64,000 bases of DNA from Eledone cirrhosa (lineage: Eukaryota): assembly GCA_964016885.1 (NCBI GenBank), contig OZ024748.1, forward strand, positions 33,046,001-33,110,000, written 5' to 3'. A program made the translations under genes and the position numbers. The notes under the pieces are model-generated. The model saw only the letters and a program-made list of their open reading frames with translations. It was not told where the DNA came from and did not search any database. This document shows positions 1 through 13,915 of the stretch, piece by piece. Every line of letters starts with the position of its first letter. The stretch's first letter is position 1.

Positions 1-227
1 CAGTGTTTACATTTTCAATCTTTGTTAATAAATAACCAGTGCAGTTTCTATCCCCAGCATCCTCTTTTGTTATAACATTCGGGTTATCGTTATGTTTTCT
101 TAACTTCATAAGGCATATTGTTGGTGGATTAATCAAAAACACCACATGCAAGTCTGCACAGTAGACACTACAGTTTTTAAGCCAAGAAAGAAACTTAACA
201 TTGTAACTTTAACACAGCTACTGAGCG

Positions 228-257
228 ACCCCGAGCAACGCCGGGCTTTACTGCTAG
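228..257 (+). mobile_element. Helitron 3' terminus (GC hairpin + CTAG)
   Basis: cccgagcaacgccggg hairpin followed by ctttactgCTAG|t, the canonical Helitron 3' end; the element body extends off the left edge. Confidence 0.7.
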
Positions 258-359
258 TTTTAAATAAACTTATATAATTTTTGCTTTTTTTTACGAAATA
301 TTTGCTTGTTTTACGTAGTCTTTAAATAGACTTGTTTTCAAGTAAAATTATTGTGTTAA

Positions 360-652
360 TGTCATTTTAAACGCTGAGAAAGCCAGCGTAATTTTTTTAA
401 TTTTTGCACGCAGACGCTCAATGTAAACAGAACAAAGGGAAATAACTGATCACTTACGCTCAAAAATCGATACATTATATTCGATTTCGTCAGATAGGGC
501 GGGTCAATTTGAAATATTTTTTTTCCGATGTCTTCGCTAGGGCTCAATGTACAAGTATAGCAATTTCGGTGCAATTCCGTGAGAGATTCTAAGAGGAGAT
601 GTGTGCCAAAAATCGATAGACAGACAGACAACCACAGTTTTATATATATAGA
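360..652 (-). mobile_element. Non-autonomous Helitron 5' region
   Basis: Minus strand reads a|TCtatatatataaaactgtggttgtctgtctgtct..., a typical animal Helitron 5' TC end; left boundary approximate. Confidence 0.5.
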
Positions 653-1129
653 TTTATATATACACATATAGCTTGCTATCGCGCTATATGAACCAAGAAG
701 AGACAACACCAAAATGTGTGTTTTGTAGACAAGATATTTATTCAAAACTAATCTATTTTAGCAGTTAACTTTCAGGAGTTTCCCTTTTCTCTCTTTGCAT
801 TATGGGAGTAACTGGTGCAGTAACACATTTGCTGAATATCTTCAATATCTCCACTTGCTTCAGTGGAGCTCACATGTATGTGTGACCATTGGTTTCCAGG
901 TCCAGTTATGGCCACCACTGTTTAATGGGGAGGTACTTCAAAAACTGACCCTTCACTGGTCATGCTGACAAATATATTAAAAGGAAGTTCTTTCCTCCAA
1001 CAATTTTCACCCCAAACAGAGAAGAGTTTCATATTATCAAAAAGGGAGGTAAATCTTTAGTGGTGGAATTGTCAGGCTTAATTATATATGTAATTAGACA
1101 CACATAGAAGTGGTTGATAGCTTTTACAA

Positions 1130-1729
1130 TCCAGGTGACTTAATTAGCAGTGGAGAAGGCTGCCCTGAAAGATGAATAGCTAGAATAAGGATAGGATGGA
1201 AAAAGTTTAGAGAGCTACTGCAACAGTTGACCACAAAAGGTTTCTCTCTCTGTACAAAAGGATGACTGTATGACACATGTGGGCGATGCATGTTAACTAA
1301 ACAAGGTCTGTGACTGCAGAGGATATCTAGACTGGAGAGAAATGAAACAACCATGCTTTGTAGGATATGTTATGAAAGTGTGAGAGAAAGGCAGAGTTTG
1401 GACAAGTTCAAGAAGAAGCTGGGTTTAAGAGTGATCTGAAGTGGTGTGTAAGAAAAAAGACTGCGTTTGTACGACATGTGATGCACATGGATAATGACCA
1501 CTGGATGATGAAGTGCCAGGAAATCCCAGTAGAAGGAAGCCATAGTAGAGGCAGCCCAAGAAAGACCTGGACAGAGGGTGTGTGAACTGACTTCAAATCA
1601 CTGACTCTCACAGAGGAGATGACAAAGGAGCACGACAAGTGGAAAGATGCCATGTTGAGAAGGACCTGTCCAACCAAGCAAGCATGGAAAAACGGACATA
1701 AAAACAGTGATGATGTTGGTGAAGATGAC
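1130..1729 (+). mobile_element. RTE LINE 3' fragment (decayed)
   Basis: Homologous to the RT C-terminus of the intact RTE (ggatggaaaaagtttagagagctactg...), ending in gcatggaaaaacggac...gatgatg tail. Confidence 0.8.
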
Positions 1730-1929
1730 GTACATGTACACACATACATAATCAAACACAGATTTGCATATACTTATATACAAACATATACATGGACACA
1801 CATTTCTACACACATACATTCACATATATATAGTGTATGTCAATTCTGAACAATAGTTTTCTCAGCACAAGTCTTGGTTACAACTTCTACAAATAAAATG
1901 AAAGGAGAAGAATTTCTCAGTAAAACAGT

Positions 1930-1935
1930 TTTATT
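1930..1935 (-). promoter_or_regulatory. Candidate polyadenylation signal of minus-strand ZNF gene
   Basis: AATAAA on minus strand at the position homologous to AATAAA 44798-44803 of the paralog. Confidence 0.45.
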
Positions 1936-2029
1936 CGAAATATTAACATTGGTGGCACTATTTTGGGTGAGTGATATGGTTTTTATCTTGTCTAATTGTG
2001 TTGCATTAAGTAATCTTTACAAGAGAACG

Positions 2030-3500
<1,471 letters not shown>

Positions 3501-3839
3501 TTATATATTATATTCCGGAAGATATTTCTTCTGCTATATTTCCAACAACTGTGACCTCAGTCAAGATCTGAAGATGATGCAAACTTCTTTCTGATCCAAG
3601 TTTAGTTAAGATTCAAAATTATCTTGTAAATATTTCAGATGCTGATGAAACAATACTTTTCCAAGAATTTTTCCAAGAATCACAGTTCTGAGGAAATATT
3701 TCCCTGTAATTCTGCCATAGATTTATATAAACAGTGTTATATGAGTTCTGTATGAAAAGCTTTAGTCTTGAAATAATGATAAATAGAGCGGACGTATTCA
3801 AGATTAAAAAATAATTTTATCCCAATGTCATCTGATATT

Positions 3840-3862
3840 CTGAAATAAGAAAGAAATAGTAT
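3840..3862 (-). promoter_or_regulatory. Splice acceptor of ZNF coding exon
   Basis: Minus strand tttctttcttatttcAG|aatatcagatgacattggg; conserved in paralog at 42241-42255. Confidence 0.6.
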
Positions 3863-4515
3863 GAGATAATAGAGAATACTTTAGAAGCAGAGATAGATTT
3901 AACATTGTAAATTTTATATTTTTATATTGATAAACTCTAGATATCAACTTTCCTGTCCAGAGCAATTCTCTCCAATGTAAGTAGTGGTATTCCAAGATGC
4001 TCTATAAACTATATCCTTCTAACTCTTGGGAGGTCTGCCTTATAGCCTTTACCCAAGAACTTCATTCTTATATGACATTCTAACATTGTAATTGTCTGAG
4101 ACCTGAGATGTGTAACTTGACAGTTCCTTGAGTAACAGTTCTTTCTACCTGGAAGGGGAGAATGCTATGCAATTGCTTGATAACAGTCAAAGGATTCTCA
4201 CACATGGCTACCTTAAGCACACCAATAACATGACTTATGTTAGTCCTGTAGAAACAATTAGTGGGAATTTTTATTCGCAGGGCTTTCCATAATTTTAGCG
4301 CTATTTTTTTCTTTTCTTGTTGGATGCCCTTCCTCTCATCAACCATTTTACAGCAAGGATTGGGTGCATTGTTCGTGGCACTAGAGAGGTTATTTTACTA
4401 GACTTAAGAGGTCTCTCTACCCTGTATCAGTTTCTATTACGAGTGTCTACAATGATGATGATGATGCTAGCGTGGAAGATGGACGTTAAACGATGATGAT
4501 GATGATGATGATGAT

Positions 4516-4885
4516 ATATACATATACATATATATACATATTTATACATATATATACATATATATATACATATTTATATATATATATATATATACATATA
4601 TATATACATATTTATATATACATATATATACATATTTATATATATATATACATATATATATACATATATATATATATACATATGTATATATATTTATATA
4701 TATATTTACATATATATATACATATGTATATATGTTTATATATACGTATATATACATATACATATATATATACATATATATATATTTATATATACATATA
4801 TATATACATATGTATATATATTTATATATATATACATATATATATATATAAATATGTATATATATTTATATACATATATATACAA
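4516..4885. repeat. TA/CA-rich compound microsatellite (preceded by RTE tail 4466-4515)
   Basis: Direct inspection. Confidence 0.95.
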
Positions 4886-7800
4886 AGATAAATTCACCTC
4901 CTGCTGCAGGACGAGAATACAAAGACTCCTCTCTATTTCAGACACGAATGACAAACATAATTCCGTCTCCCACACCCCTCCCTGTCCCTCTAACCCATCC
5001 ATCCCACCCTCCCAACTTCACAGTTGGTACTATGGACGTAGGCACATTAAAAGGTCGCTCAAATGAGGTTGTAGAGATGCTTGAACGTATAGAAGTGGAT
5101 GTTTGTTGCATTCAAGAGACTAGGTGGAGAGGGGGGTCTGCCAGATTCATCGTGGATAAAAAACGATGCTATAAACTTTTCTGGGTGGGAAATGACAACC
5201 GACTGGGTGGAGTAGGAATTATGTTAGCTGAAAAATGGGTAGATAAGGTAATTGATGTAAATAGAGTAAATGACAGAATAATTAAAATAAGGCTAGTTCT
5301 AAATAGAACTACTGTGACAATAATATCCGCTTATGCACCCCAATCTGGTCTACTTGACGTTATAAAGGACAGGTTCTATGAGATGCTAATGCACACTACC
5401 TCCCAAATAACCGACAGCGACTACCTAATTATTGCTGGCGATCTAAACGGTCACGTTGGACAACATAGTGATGGCCATGATGGAATCCATGGAGGCTATG
5501 GGTTTGGAAATAGAAATGAGGAAGGCTTCAGAATCCTGAAATTCTGTGACGCCAATAACCTAACTATCTGTAACACAAACTTCAAAAAACGTGAACACCA
5601 CTTGATCATCTATAGATCAGGGGAACACGCCAGCCAGATAGATTATATCCTTACTAGAAGACGGGACAAAGTGTCTGTTGTAAACACTAAATCCCTCCCC
5701 CGTGAAGAATGCACCTCCCATAATAGCCTAGTAGTTAGTGACCTCACAGTCAGGAATAGACGTACTCGACGACAGAGGAGGCCTACCTTGAGGAGAAGAA
5801 TATGGAAGTTGAAGGACCCCATAGCCAGTGACAAATTTAAAAGCTTATTACTTGATGCCTTTGACAATAAGGAAGAGCAATTAGAGACGGAACAGTGGCA
5901 ATTCCTGAAAGTGAACCTGCTGAAAGCAACGGATGAAATCTGTGGCTGGAGCAAACCTATTGGCAGGAGGAGAGTAACTTGGTGGTGGAACAGTAAGGTG
6001 GAAGAGACAATAAAGGCCCAAAAAAACAGGCTTGGAAAGTATGGTAGAATGGGGGAAGTAGAGAGCACTATCAAGTGGCCAGGAGAAAAGCTAGGAGACA
6101 AGTGTACCTTGCAAAAAGGGAAGCAGAGGAAAGAAAGTTCAAGCATGTTCTACAACGTGAGGACCCAAAACGCGAGGTTTTAGGATTGCTAGACAATGTA
6201 TCAAGAAAAACCGTGATATTGTCGGGGAGAAGTGTGTCCGTAAAGATAACGGTGTACTTGCCCTCACTGATGCTGATAAGAAGATAGCCTGGAAGTGTCA
6301 CTACGAGAGACTATTAAATGAGGAGAATAAATGGGAACAAGATAGTCTGCCCCAAATCAATCCAATAGAAGGACCAGCGGTGCAAGTTAAAGGTAGTATA
6401 ATAAGTAAGGCAATCAAAGATATGAAGACAGGCAAGGCAGCTGGGCCTTCGGAGATAGTTGCTGAGATGTTGAAGGCAACTGGAATGGTGGGACATACTA
6501 TAGTCACCCGTATAGTTAACCAAGTAATACAGAATGGGGTCATACCAAAAGACTGGCGTAGCAGCATCATCATTAACTGATAAAAGGGTAAAGGGGATGC
6601 TCTAGATAGAGGAAACTATAGAGGCATTAAGTTAGTTGACCAGGTCATGAAGGTCACAGAAAAAGTTATAGCGCACTAATCAGAGAGCGGATTGATCTAG
6701 ATGAAATGCAGTTTGGGTTTGTGTCAGGTAAAAGTACCACAGACGCTCTTTTCCTTGTACGACAACTACGGGAGAAGTACCTAGCTAAAAGTAAACCCCT
6801 CTACTTAGCTTTTGTAGACCTGAAAAAAGCCTTTGACACAGTCCCCCGCTCCATTATCTGGTGGGCTCTTTGAAAACTAGGTGTAGATGAATGGCTTGTG
6901 AGAGCTATACAAGCTATGTATAATGAAACAGTCAGTAAGGTTAGAATTAACAATGAATATTGTGAAGAATTTAGTGTAAAAGTTGGTGTTCACCAAGGCT
7001 CTGTCCTTATCCCCCTCCTGTTTATTATTGCCCTTCAGGCTATAATAGAGGAGTTCAAGACTGGCTGCCCATGGGAACTCCTATACGCAGATGATCTAAC
7101 GCTCATAGCTGAATCAATGGTTGAACTAGAAAAGAAATTCCAAACATGGAAGCATGGCCTAGAATCAAAAGGCCTTAAAGTTAACTTGTCCTAGTTTGTA
7201 GAAAGGAAAAGAAGGCACAGGTACCCTCAGGGAAATGGCCTTGCTCAGTGTGTAGGAAAGGAGTAGGCAGAAATTCAATTTTATGTCCCAAATGCAAAGT
7301 ATGGGTACATAAAAATGTGATGGGATCATAGGTAAACTATCTAAGAACGTAGACTTTATATGTGGCCGATGCTCAGGTGCAATAGGTAGCAAGTGTCCAC
7401 AGGATACTAGCCCCTTCTATTGCCCAGATGGTTCTATAGAAATAGTAGACACTTTCCGTTACCTGGGTGACGAAGTCAGCAGTAGTGGAGGGTGTTCTGA
7501 AAGTACAGTAGCCAGAGTCAGAACGTGATGGAAAAAGTTCAGAGAGCTTATACCGCTGTTGGCCACAAAAGGTTTCTCTCTAAAAATGAAAGACAGATTT
7601 TATGATGCTTGTATGCGAACAGCAATGCTACATGACAGTGAGACATGGGCATTACGTTTAGAGGACCTGCGTAGACTGGAAAGGAACGAAGCATGCATGC
7701 TCCTTTGGATGTGTAATAGTAATATACGTGAACGGCAAAGCATAAATGTACTAAGTGAGAAATTAGGAATAGGAGGGATCAGATGCTGTTTACTCGAGAG

Positions 7801-8430
7801 AAGACTACGTTGGTACGGTCACGTGATGCGCATGAAAGACGACTGCTGTATAAAAAAGTGCAGGGCGATCAAAATTGATGGTAGTTACGGAGTAGGTAGA
7901 CCCAGAAAAACCTGGGACGATCTGATAAATTCTGACCTTACACACTTGCACCTCTCTAAAACAATGTCACTGGACCGAGATCTTTGGTGCTACGCAGTAA
8001 TACAGAAGACCCGCCTTGCCTATGTACAAAGCGAAACCTACAGTCAGTATGCACCTCTTAACCAAATATACACCCCAATCCACTACCCCTACTCCCACCA
8101 ACACCACCCTCTCTCTATAAAGTTGGTACCACAACATCCAGTCCAAATAGATGAGATAATGAGATCGAGATCGTGTAGGTGTCACGAGAAAAAAACACAC
8201 TGTCCACGCTGTAATGTGGTCGTGTAGGTAACACGGTAAAAAGTTCCCAGTTCCACACTGTAAATGTGGTTGGTGTTAGGAAGGGCATCCAGCCGTAGAA
8301 AACCTGCCAGATAGTCCTATATGCGCGAGACATGGTCACGCGACCAACCTTGCCTCAAGGGGGACAATTCCCGTCTAACCCATACTAGCGTGGAAAATGA
8401 ACGTTAAACGAAGATGATGATGATGATGAT
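4886..8430 (+). mobile_element. RTE LINE, near full length, frameshifted/stopped
   Basis: ORF pieces 4948-6183 (APE endonuclease: CCIQETRW, AYAPQ, GDLNGH), 6898-7194 (QGS, YADD), 7559-8227; 3' (GAT)n tail; collinear with 26721-29951. Confidence 0.92.
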
Positions 8431-8613
8431 ATATACATATATATATATATTAGAATTGGCGCTCTGAAATAGCGATATATATATGAATGTATATATAGTG
8501 TATTTTGCAATACACTGTATGTTTAATTAAAAGCATTTCGAAGACCTTATGCTATTGTTTTAGAGTAGTGACAGTCTCACTTACTTTAAATTTTCAGCAA
8601 ACAGGGGAGATAA

Positions 8614-8658
8614 AGCTGACAGAGCTATGTTTCGTACTGATTGGTACTTATCAAAGCC
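8614..8658 (-). ncRNA. Minimal type I hammerhead ribozyme, U3-A8 core variant
   Basis: Minus strand ggct-TTGATAA-gtac caatca gtac-GAAA-ca tagctc tg-TC-agct: helices I, II, III pair; GUC cleavage triplet. Confidence 0.75.
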
Positions 8659-8934
8659 AAGTACTCCACCTGTTTGCTGAAAATCATGAATGTTTGATTC
8701 TTATAGAATTTCTAGTAATAATCAGGAATTGATTATACAGAGCGGTTGCCGGTCAAGCAGAAATTGAAAATTAGAATTGGAGCTCTGAAATCGCGATATA
8801 TATATGAATGTATATATAGTGTATTTTGCAATACACTGTATGCTTAATTAAAAGCATTTCGAAGCCCTTATGCTATTGTTTTAGAGTAGTGACACTCTCA
8901 CTTACTTTAAATTTTCAGCAAACAGGGGAGATAA

Positions 8935-8978
8935 AGCTGACAGAGCTATGTTTCGTACTGATTGGTACTTATCAAAGC
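8935..8978 (-). ncRNA. Minimal type I hammerhead ribozyme, second copy
   Basis: Identical core and helices II/III to 8614-8658; helix I gct/agc. Confidence 0.72.
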
Positions 8979-9179
8979 AGCCAAGTACTCCACCTGTTTT
9001 CTGAAAATCATGAATGTTTGATTCTTATAGAATTTCTAGTAATAATCAGGAACTGATTATACAGAGCGGTTGCCAGTCAAGCAGAAATTGAAAATTAGAA
9101 TTGGCGCTCTGAAATAGCGATATATATATGAATGTATATAATAGTGTATTTTGCAATACACTGTATACTTAATTAATTA

Positions 9180-11465
9180 ATGCTTTTAATTGACTACCTA
9201 GACAGCCATGACCTTAGACGTTTCTGCCCTAGTAGACTCATAAGAGGTAGACCCACCACCATAACCTCCATGGCAAAAAAGACTCCCATGGGAAGGTGGA
9301 TTGGGTGGACCAAAGCTATACGGACCCCCCAAAACAATGATCAGGTAAGAAAAGTGGTCGCACATGCAATAGGGGCTAGTATCAAAACTACCCTAAAGGG
9401 CCACATATTCAAGTTCAACGAGAAGATCTACACCCAAAATGAGGGAGCAGCCATTGGCGTCAGCATAGCTGGTGATGTTGCCAACCTGTTTATGGTATGG
9501 TGGGAAAGGAGACTTAAAGATATCCTTAATGAGAGCTCCATAGACCTCATCATGTACTCTCGTTACGTAGACGATATCAATATAGTTATAAGAACATCCC
9601 CACTAGAGAGCACTAACAAGTTTGATTTAGAACGTAGCACAATGGAAAGCATCCAGCAGATAGCTAATTCCATACACCAGTGTATAACTGTAACTATCGA
9701 CTACCCTTCCAAACACCCTAACAATAGACTACCTGTATTAGACACGGAATTCTGGATTAACACTATAGACGAGAGAGCCCAAATTCTCCACTCACACTAT
9801 GCTAAACCCATGGCCTCCAAATACCTGATACTCAAAAACTCAGCAATGTCCAGTAGTGCTAAGTTTCTGATCGCAGATTTGGTACGAGTGATGAAGAATG
9901 TGTCCCGCATGTGTGACCCAACAGAAATGGAAAGACACATCCAACACTTCATCAACCGCATGCAGTTCTCTGGCTACAACCAAAGAGACAGAGTCAGAGT
10001 ATACGAAGGAGCCATGGAGAAGTATAAGACCCTCATAGAACTGGACATGAAAGGAATTTGCACATTATACAGGAGCAAATCCTCGAATAGCTTAGATAGG
10101 GCTAGACATAAGATAGGGAAAGCCACCTCATGGTACGACAACCAGAGATACCAGAGTGTCATTTTTGTGGATGCTACCCCTGGAGGGAAATTAGCTAACC
10201 AGTGTAGAAAGGCCCTGAGAAAGACCCACTTAAAGATTAAGGTGATAGAAAAGCCAGGAACCACCATAAAATCCCTGATCAGCAAAACCTACCCTTTTAA
10301 GAAAACCCACTGTACTATATGTAAGGTAAACCCCCGGATAAACTGTAAAACTAGAAACGTAGTCTATAGCATAAGATGTACAGAGGGTATTTGCAGAAAC
10401 ATGACAACAACATACATAGGCGAGACAGCTCGTAGCATAGGTGAAAGGATAGACCAACACTGGGGGAACTAAAAGGACGAAAAAACGGGTCAGTACTATA
10501 CGAACATGCTAGACAACAACATGACGGTAACATAGACAACATAGAAATTAGAATAATATCTTAACATAGAAATGACCCAGCAGATAGGCAAATCAGAGAG
10601 GCCAGTGAAATAGAACTTAGAAGGCCAAGACTAAACAGAAAGAATGAATGGAATAACAACAACACCCAAACAAACAACACTGACCTAAGAGAAGTATAAA
10701 TAAATAAATAAATAGATAAATAAATAAATAAATAGATAAATAACTAAATAAATACATACACAAGCACATTAACAACAAACACATATAAACACGCACTAGT
10801 AAACATAGAATACATTAACCAATACACAGTCACCCAATCACGAACACACATCAAACAAAACACTATACACACACGCAAACGCATGCGCAAAGAAGACAAA
10901 ATAAAATAAACAAACAAACAAATAAATAAATATATAAACAGACTAAATAAAGATGGCGTAGAAATACAATGCAACGGGGGGAATCTATGACGATGTTGCA
11001 GATGTGCAACGAAAGAACTTTGATAAACTATATATATGTATTTTGTGTCTATATTGTGTCTGTATTATTTTTGTGGATTGGTAGTATCGGTAGAGGGTCC
11101 GACGCCATGCTTTGACGCATAGAGTTACGGCCCTAGCCATTCTGAGTTCAAATCCCGCCGAGGTTAACTTTGCCTTTCATCCTTACAGGGTCGATAAAAT
11201 AAAGTACCAGTAATGCACTGGGATAATTGCTGGCCTTGTGCCAAAAGTAGAAACAATTATTTTTGACTGTTGGTCAGTCAATGGCAACATTGAGGACCGA
11301 ATATATTAGATTACCGATATAAAAGACACAGAAGCGAAAACCAACCAAACAGTGATTGTGTTCTGTTATTAATTCTGGCAATATTACACAAATATGACCC
11401 TCCCCAAGTACAACAATATTTGTTTCGACACACGATTTCATATAAAAAACCTCGCAAAACTAATA
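9180..11465 (+). mobile_element. Penelope-like element, 5'-truncated (RT + GIY-YIG + 3' pLTR)
   Basis: 430-aa ORF with GAAIG, YSRYVDD, LPVLD, then CxxC..C..NVVYSIRC..YIGETARS (GIY-YIG, frameshifted at ~10470); 3' region with decayed HHR at ~10987-11020. Confidence 0.9.
11074..11255 (+). mobile_element. tRNA-derived SINE (Meta-domain-like core) with 10-bp TSD
   Basis: B-box-like gagttcaaatccc, core tgcctttcatcctt..gggtcgataaaataaagtaccag; TSD attatttttg at 11064-11073 and 11256-11265. Confidence 0.85.
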
Positions 11466-11615
<150 letters not shown>

Positions 11616-11639
11616 GTACATATAAAAAACGAAAAATCA

Positions 11640-12240
11640 GTGATGCATCTGGACTCAGTTTATTGCGTGTTACAATTGTTTCGCCGGTAGGTGGCTCGAG
11701 ACATGATCACAGTATGGATCTAGCTGATTCTACGGCTGCAGGTTCCTTCGGACACAGGCAAGTCGTTCGGAGCAAATTTTCTCACTGGGGTGTTTTCGTC
11801 AAAATACACCTTAAAAAACATCTTCCACTCTTGTCATGCCATTTGCTGTTGTTATTCAACGTCATCATAAGTTCGGTCACTATTTACTGCTACACGGGTC
11901 ATCAGCCATTTTCCGTCCGACACACTTCAATGGAGCCATGCTGGGTTTGGTATCTCACACGCCTGTTCACACTCCAGAGTATGTAGCCACATATACACAC
12001 TCTGGTACAAACAGTACACTTGTGACAATTATTGACACATAGTGCTAGGCCCATGGTACCATGTGACGACAAGTGCAGAGAGATCTCCAGATATAAAGCA
12101 ATGCCTGTGCCGTGAAGCTTTTATAGCGAACAAAGGCACTGCACAAAGCCAGTCCCACTCTCTTAACCAAGATGATATTTACCAAAAAGAAGAACAAGTC
12201 AACATCATTGGATACCATCAGGGTTGCAGGTGTTATATCA
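11640..12240. mobile_element. Rearranged PLE-like remnant
   Basis: Broken HHR + AATAAA on minus strand at 11666-11705; plus-strand peptide ...KQCLCREAFI...LNQDD resembles a GIY-YIG C-terminus. Confidence 0.45.
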
Positions 12241-12490
12241 GAGTTTTCCTTCTAGAATTCTGCCTTGACAAAGGCTAAGGCGGCATCTCTCTCGGTGATT
12301 TTGGATGGCCATTGACTCTTGAGGGCTCCTTTGCCCTTTGACAGGTTTTGTTTTTAGTCCTGCAGGATGTCCAAAGTCACCCTCCTCACCAAGAAACCTT
12401 GGAGGGGTTGCCAGTTTAGTCGCCAACGGCCCGACCATGAGACAGGTTGTACTTGGATACATGTTACCAGTAGCACCAACTGGTGATCTG
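12240..12490 (-). mobile_element. RTE-like 5' leader fragment
   Basis: Minus strand ...gcgactaaactggcaacc...ggcagaattctagaaggaaaactctgatataa resembles RTE 5' UTR motifs; second copy at 62893-63150. Confidence 0.5.
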
Positions 12491-12494
12491 ACAC

Positions 12495-12590
12495 ACATAC
12501 ATACATACATACATACATACAAACATACATACATACATACATACATACATACATACATACATACATACATACATACATACATACATACAA
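12495..12590. repeat. (CATA)n microsatellite
   Basis: Direct inspection. Confidence 0.95.
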
Positions 12591-13709
12591 GCATGCACAT
12601 ATATATATGACGTTGGTGGTAGGCGTGTGGCTTGTTGGTAGCGTAGTTGGTAGTTTGTGTGGTGTTCGTAGTGTTGATGTTGATGACTGTGCTTGTTGTT
12701 CTTGGTGGTTGTCTTACAGTGATGATGTTGATGGTGATGGTGTTGTATTAATATCCATGGTGGTGGTGATGGTGGTGATGTTATGTAGGTGTTATGGTGA
12801 TCTTGAAGAGTTATGGAATGTCCTGCTTCAACAGACACCGAATATTTAAGACATCCTTGTTCAAGGAGTTCTTTCTCTTTAAAATAGTTGAGTTATGATT
12901 TGAAGAAGATCATGGTGCTATTTCTAGCACGTTGACTAACCACTTAATAGCTCCCTCGTTGACTAATTGTTGTTGCTGATATTGTTACTGTTGTGGTTAT
13001 TGTTATCGCGAGGTCCCGGATTCAATCTTACTGTGTAGCATCTTGGGCAAGTCTTTATCATAGACTCGGGTTAACCCAAGCTTCTGAGTAAAATTGGGTG
13101 GACGGAAACAATATGTAAGCCCATCCTATGAACTGAACCTGTACTTCAAAGGTCCAGCCTTGTCACATATCGTGTCATCTTTATTTGGTATGGGAATTAC
13201 ATTAAGGGTTCACGTGTCCATAAAATACCCAACCCCTTACACTGTAATATGAGAGGGGTTTTACTTGTAATTCAAAGGTTTGGTTGGCTTTATCACGCAG
13301 ATTCCGAATATGAATTATAAGTGTCTATGAAATTTTCGACCACAAGTTGAACGTTCAGTTGATCGAACAACTGAATGCTCATTGTCGAAACCGACGGAGA
13401 ATCCATCAGCTGTTATTGCTGTTGTTATTGATGGAAACTATTTGTTAACGTTATTTTTCTTAGAATTGTTATTGTTCTTTTTGTTGTTGTTATGTTTTCA
13501 AATATATGAAATCAAAATTATGCAAATATCTAGACCGAGCTCGTAAACTTAAGAGAAGTACCAGTAATACCCGTGGGTTGAGACACTATCAATACAATAC
13601 TGTTCAACACTGTGATATTAAAAAAGTGGTTTAAGTATTTTGCATCAAGAGCAAGGCTACAAATTTGTGGAGGGGTTAGAAAATGAACGCCGTTACATTT
13701 CTGGTTTTG

Positions 13710-13915
13710 GGGCGGTGGATTGGCAGTATCGGTAGAGTTGAACACCATATTTTACAGCATAGAGTTACAGCCCTTTACGGGCTGAGTTCAAATCCCGCCG
13801 AGGTTAACTTTGCTTTTCATCCTTACGGGGTCGATAAAATAAAGCACCAGTAACGTACTGGGGTCGATCTAATCGACTTTACCCTCCCCCAAAATTACTG
13901 ATTTCTATACAAGAA
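13710..13915 (+). mobile_element. tRNA-derived SINE (same family as 11074)
   Basis: ggcggtggattggcagtatcggtagag...gagttcaaatcccgccgaggttaactttg. Confidence 0.85.

Larger units (their letters stand above)
8451..9175 (-). repeat. Tandem repeat, 321/324-bp units x ~2.2, each complete unit with a hammerhead motif (retrozyme/pLTR-like)
   Basis: Units start at 8451, 8772, 9096 (tagaattgg..ctctgaaat); near-identical. Confidence 0.9.

Noticed and set aside
4493-4891. YI/IY-rich ORFs here and at 11394-11986, 12238-12610, 15023-15577, 61054-61528
   Set aside because: Translations of TA/CATA microsatellites
8505-9056. Twin 75/76-aa ORFs in the tandem repeat
   Set aside because: TTG starts and no recognisable domain; identity simply reflects the repeat; the structured signal is on the opposite strand
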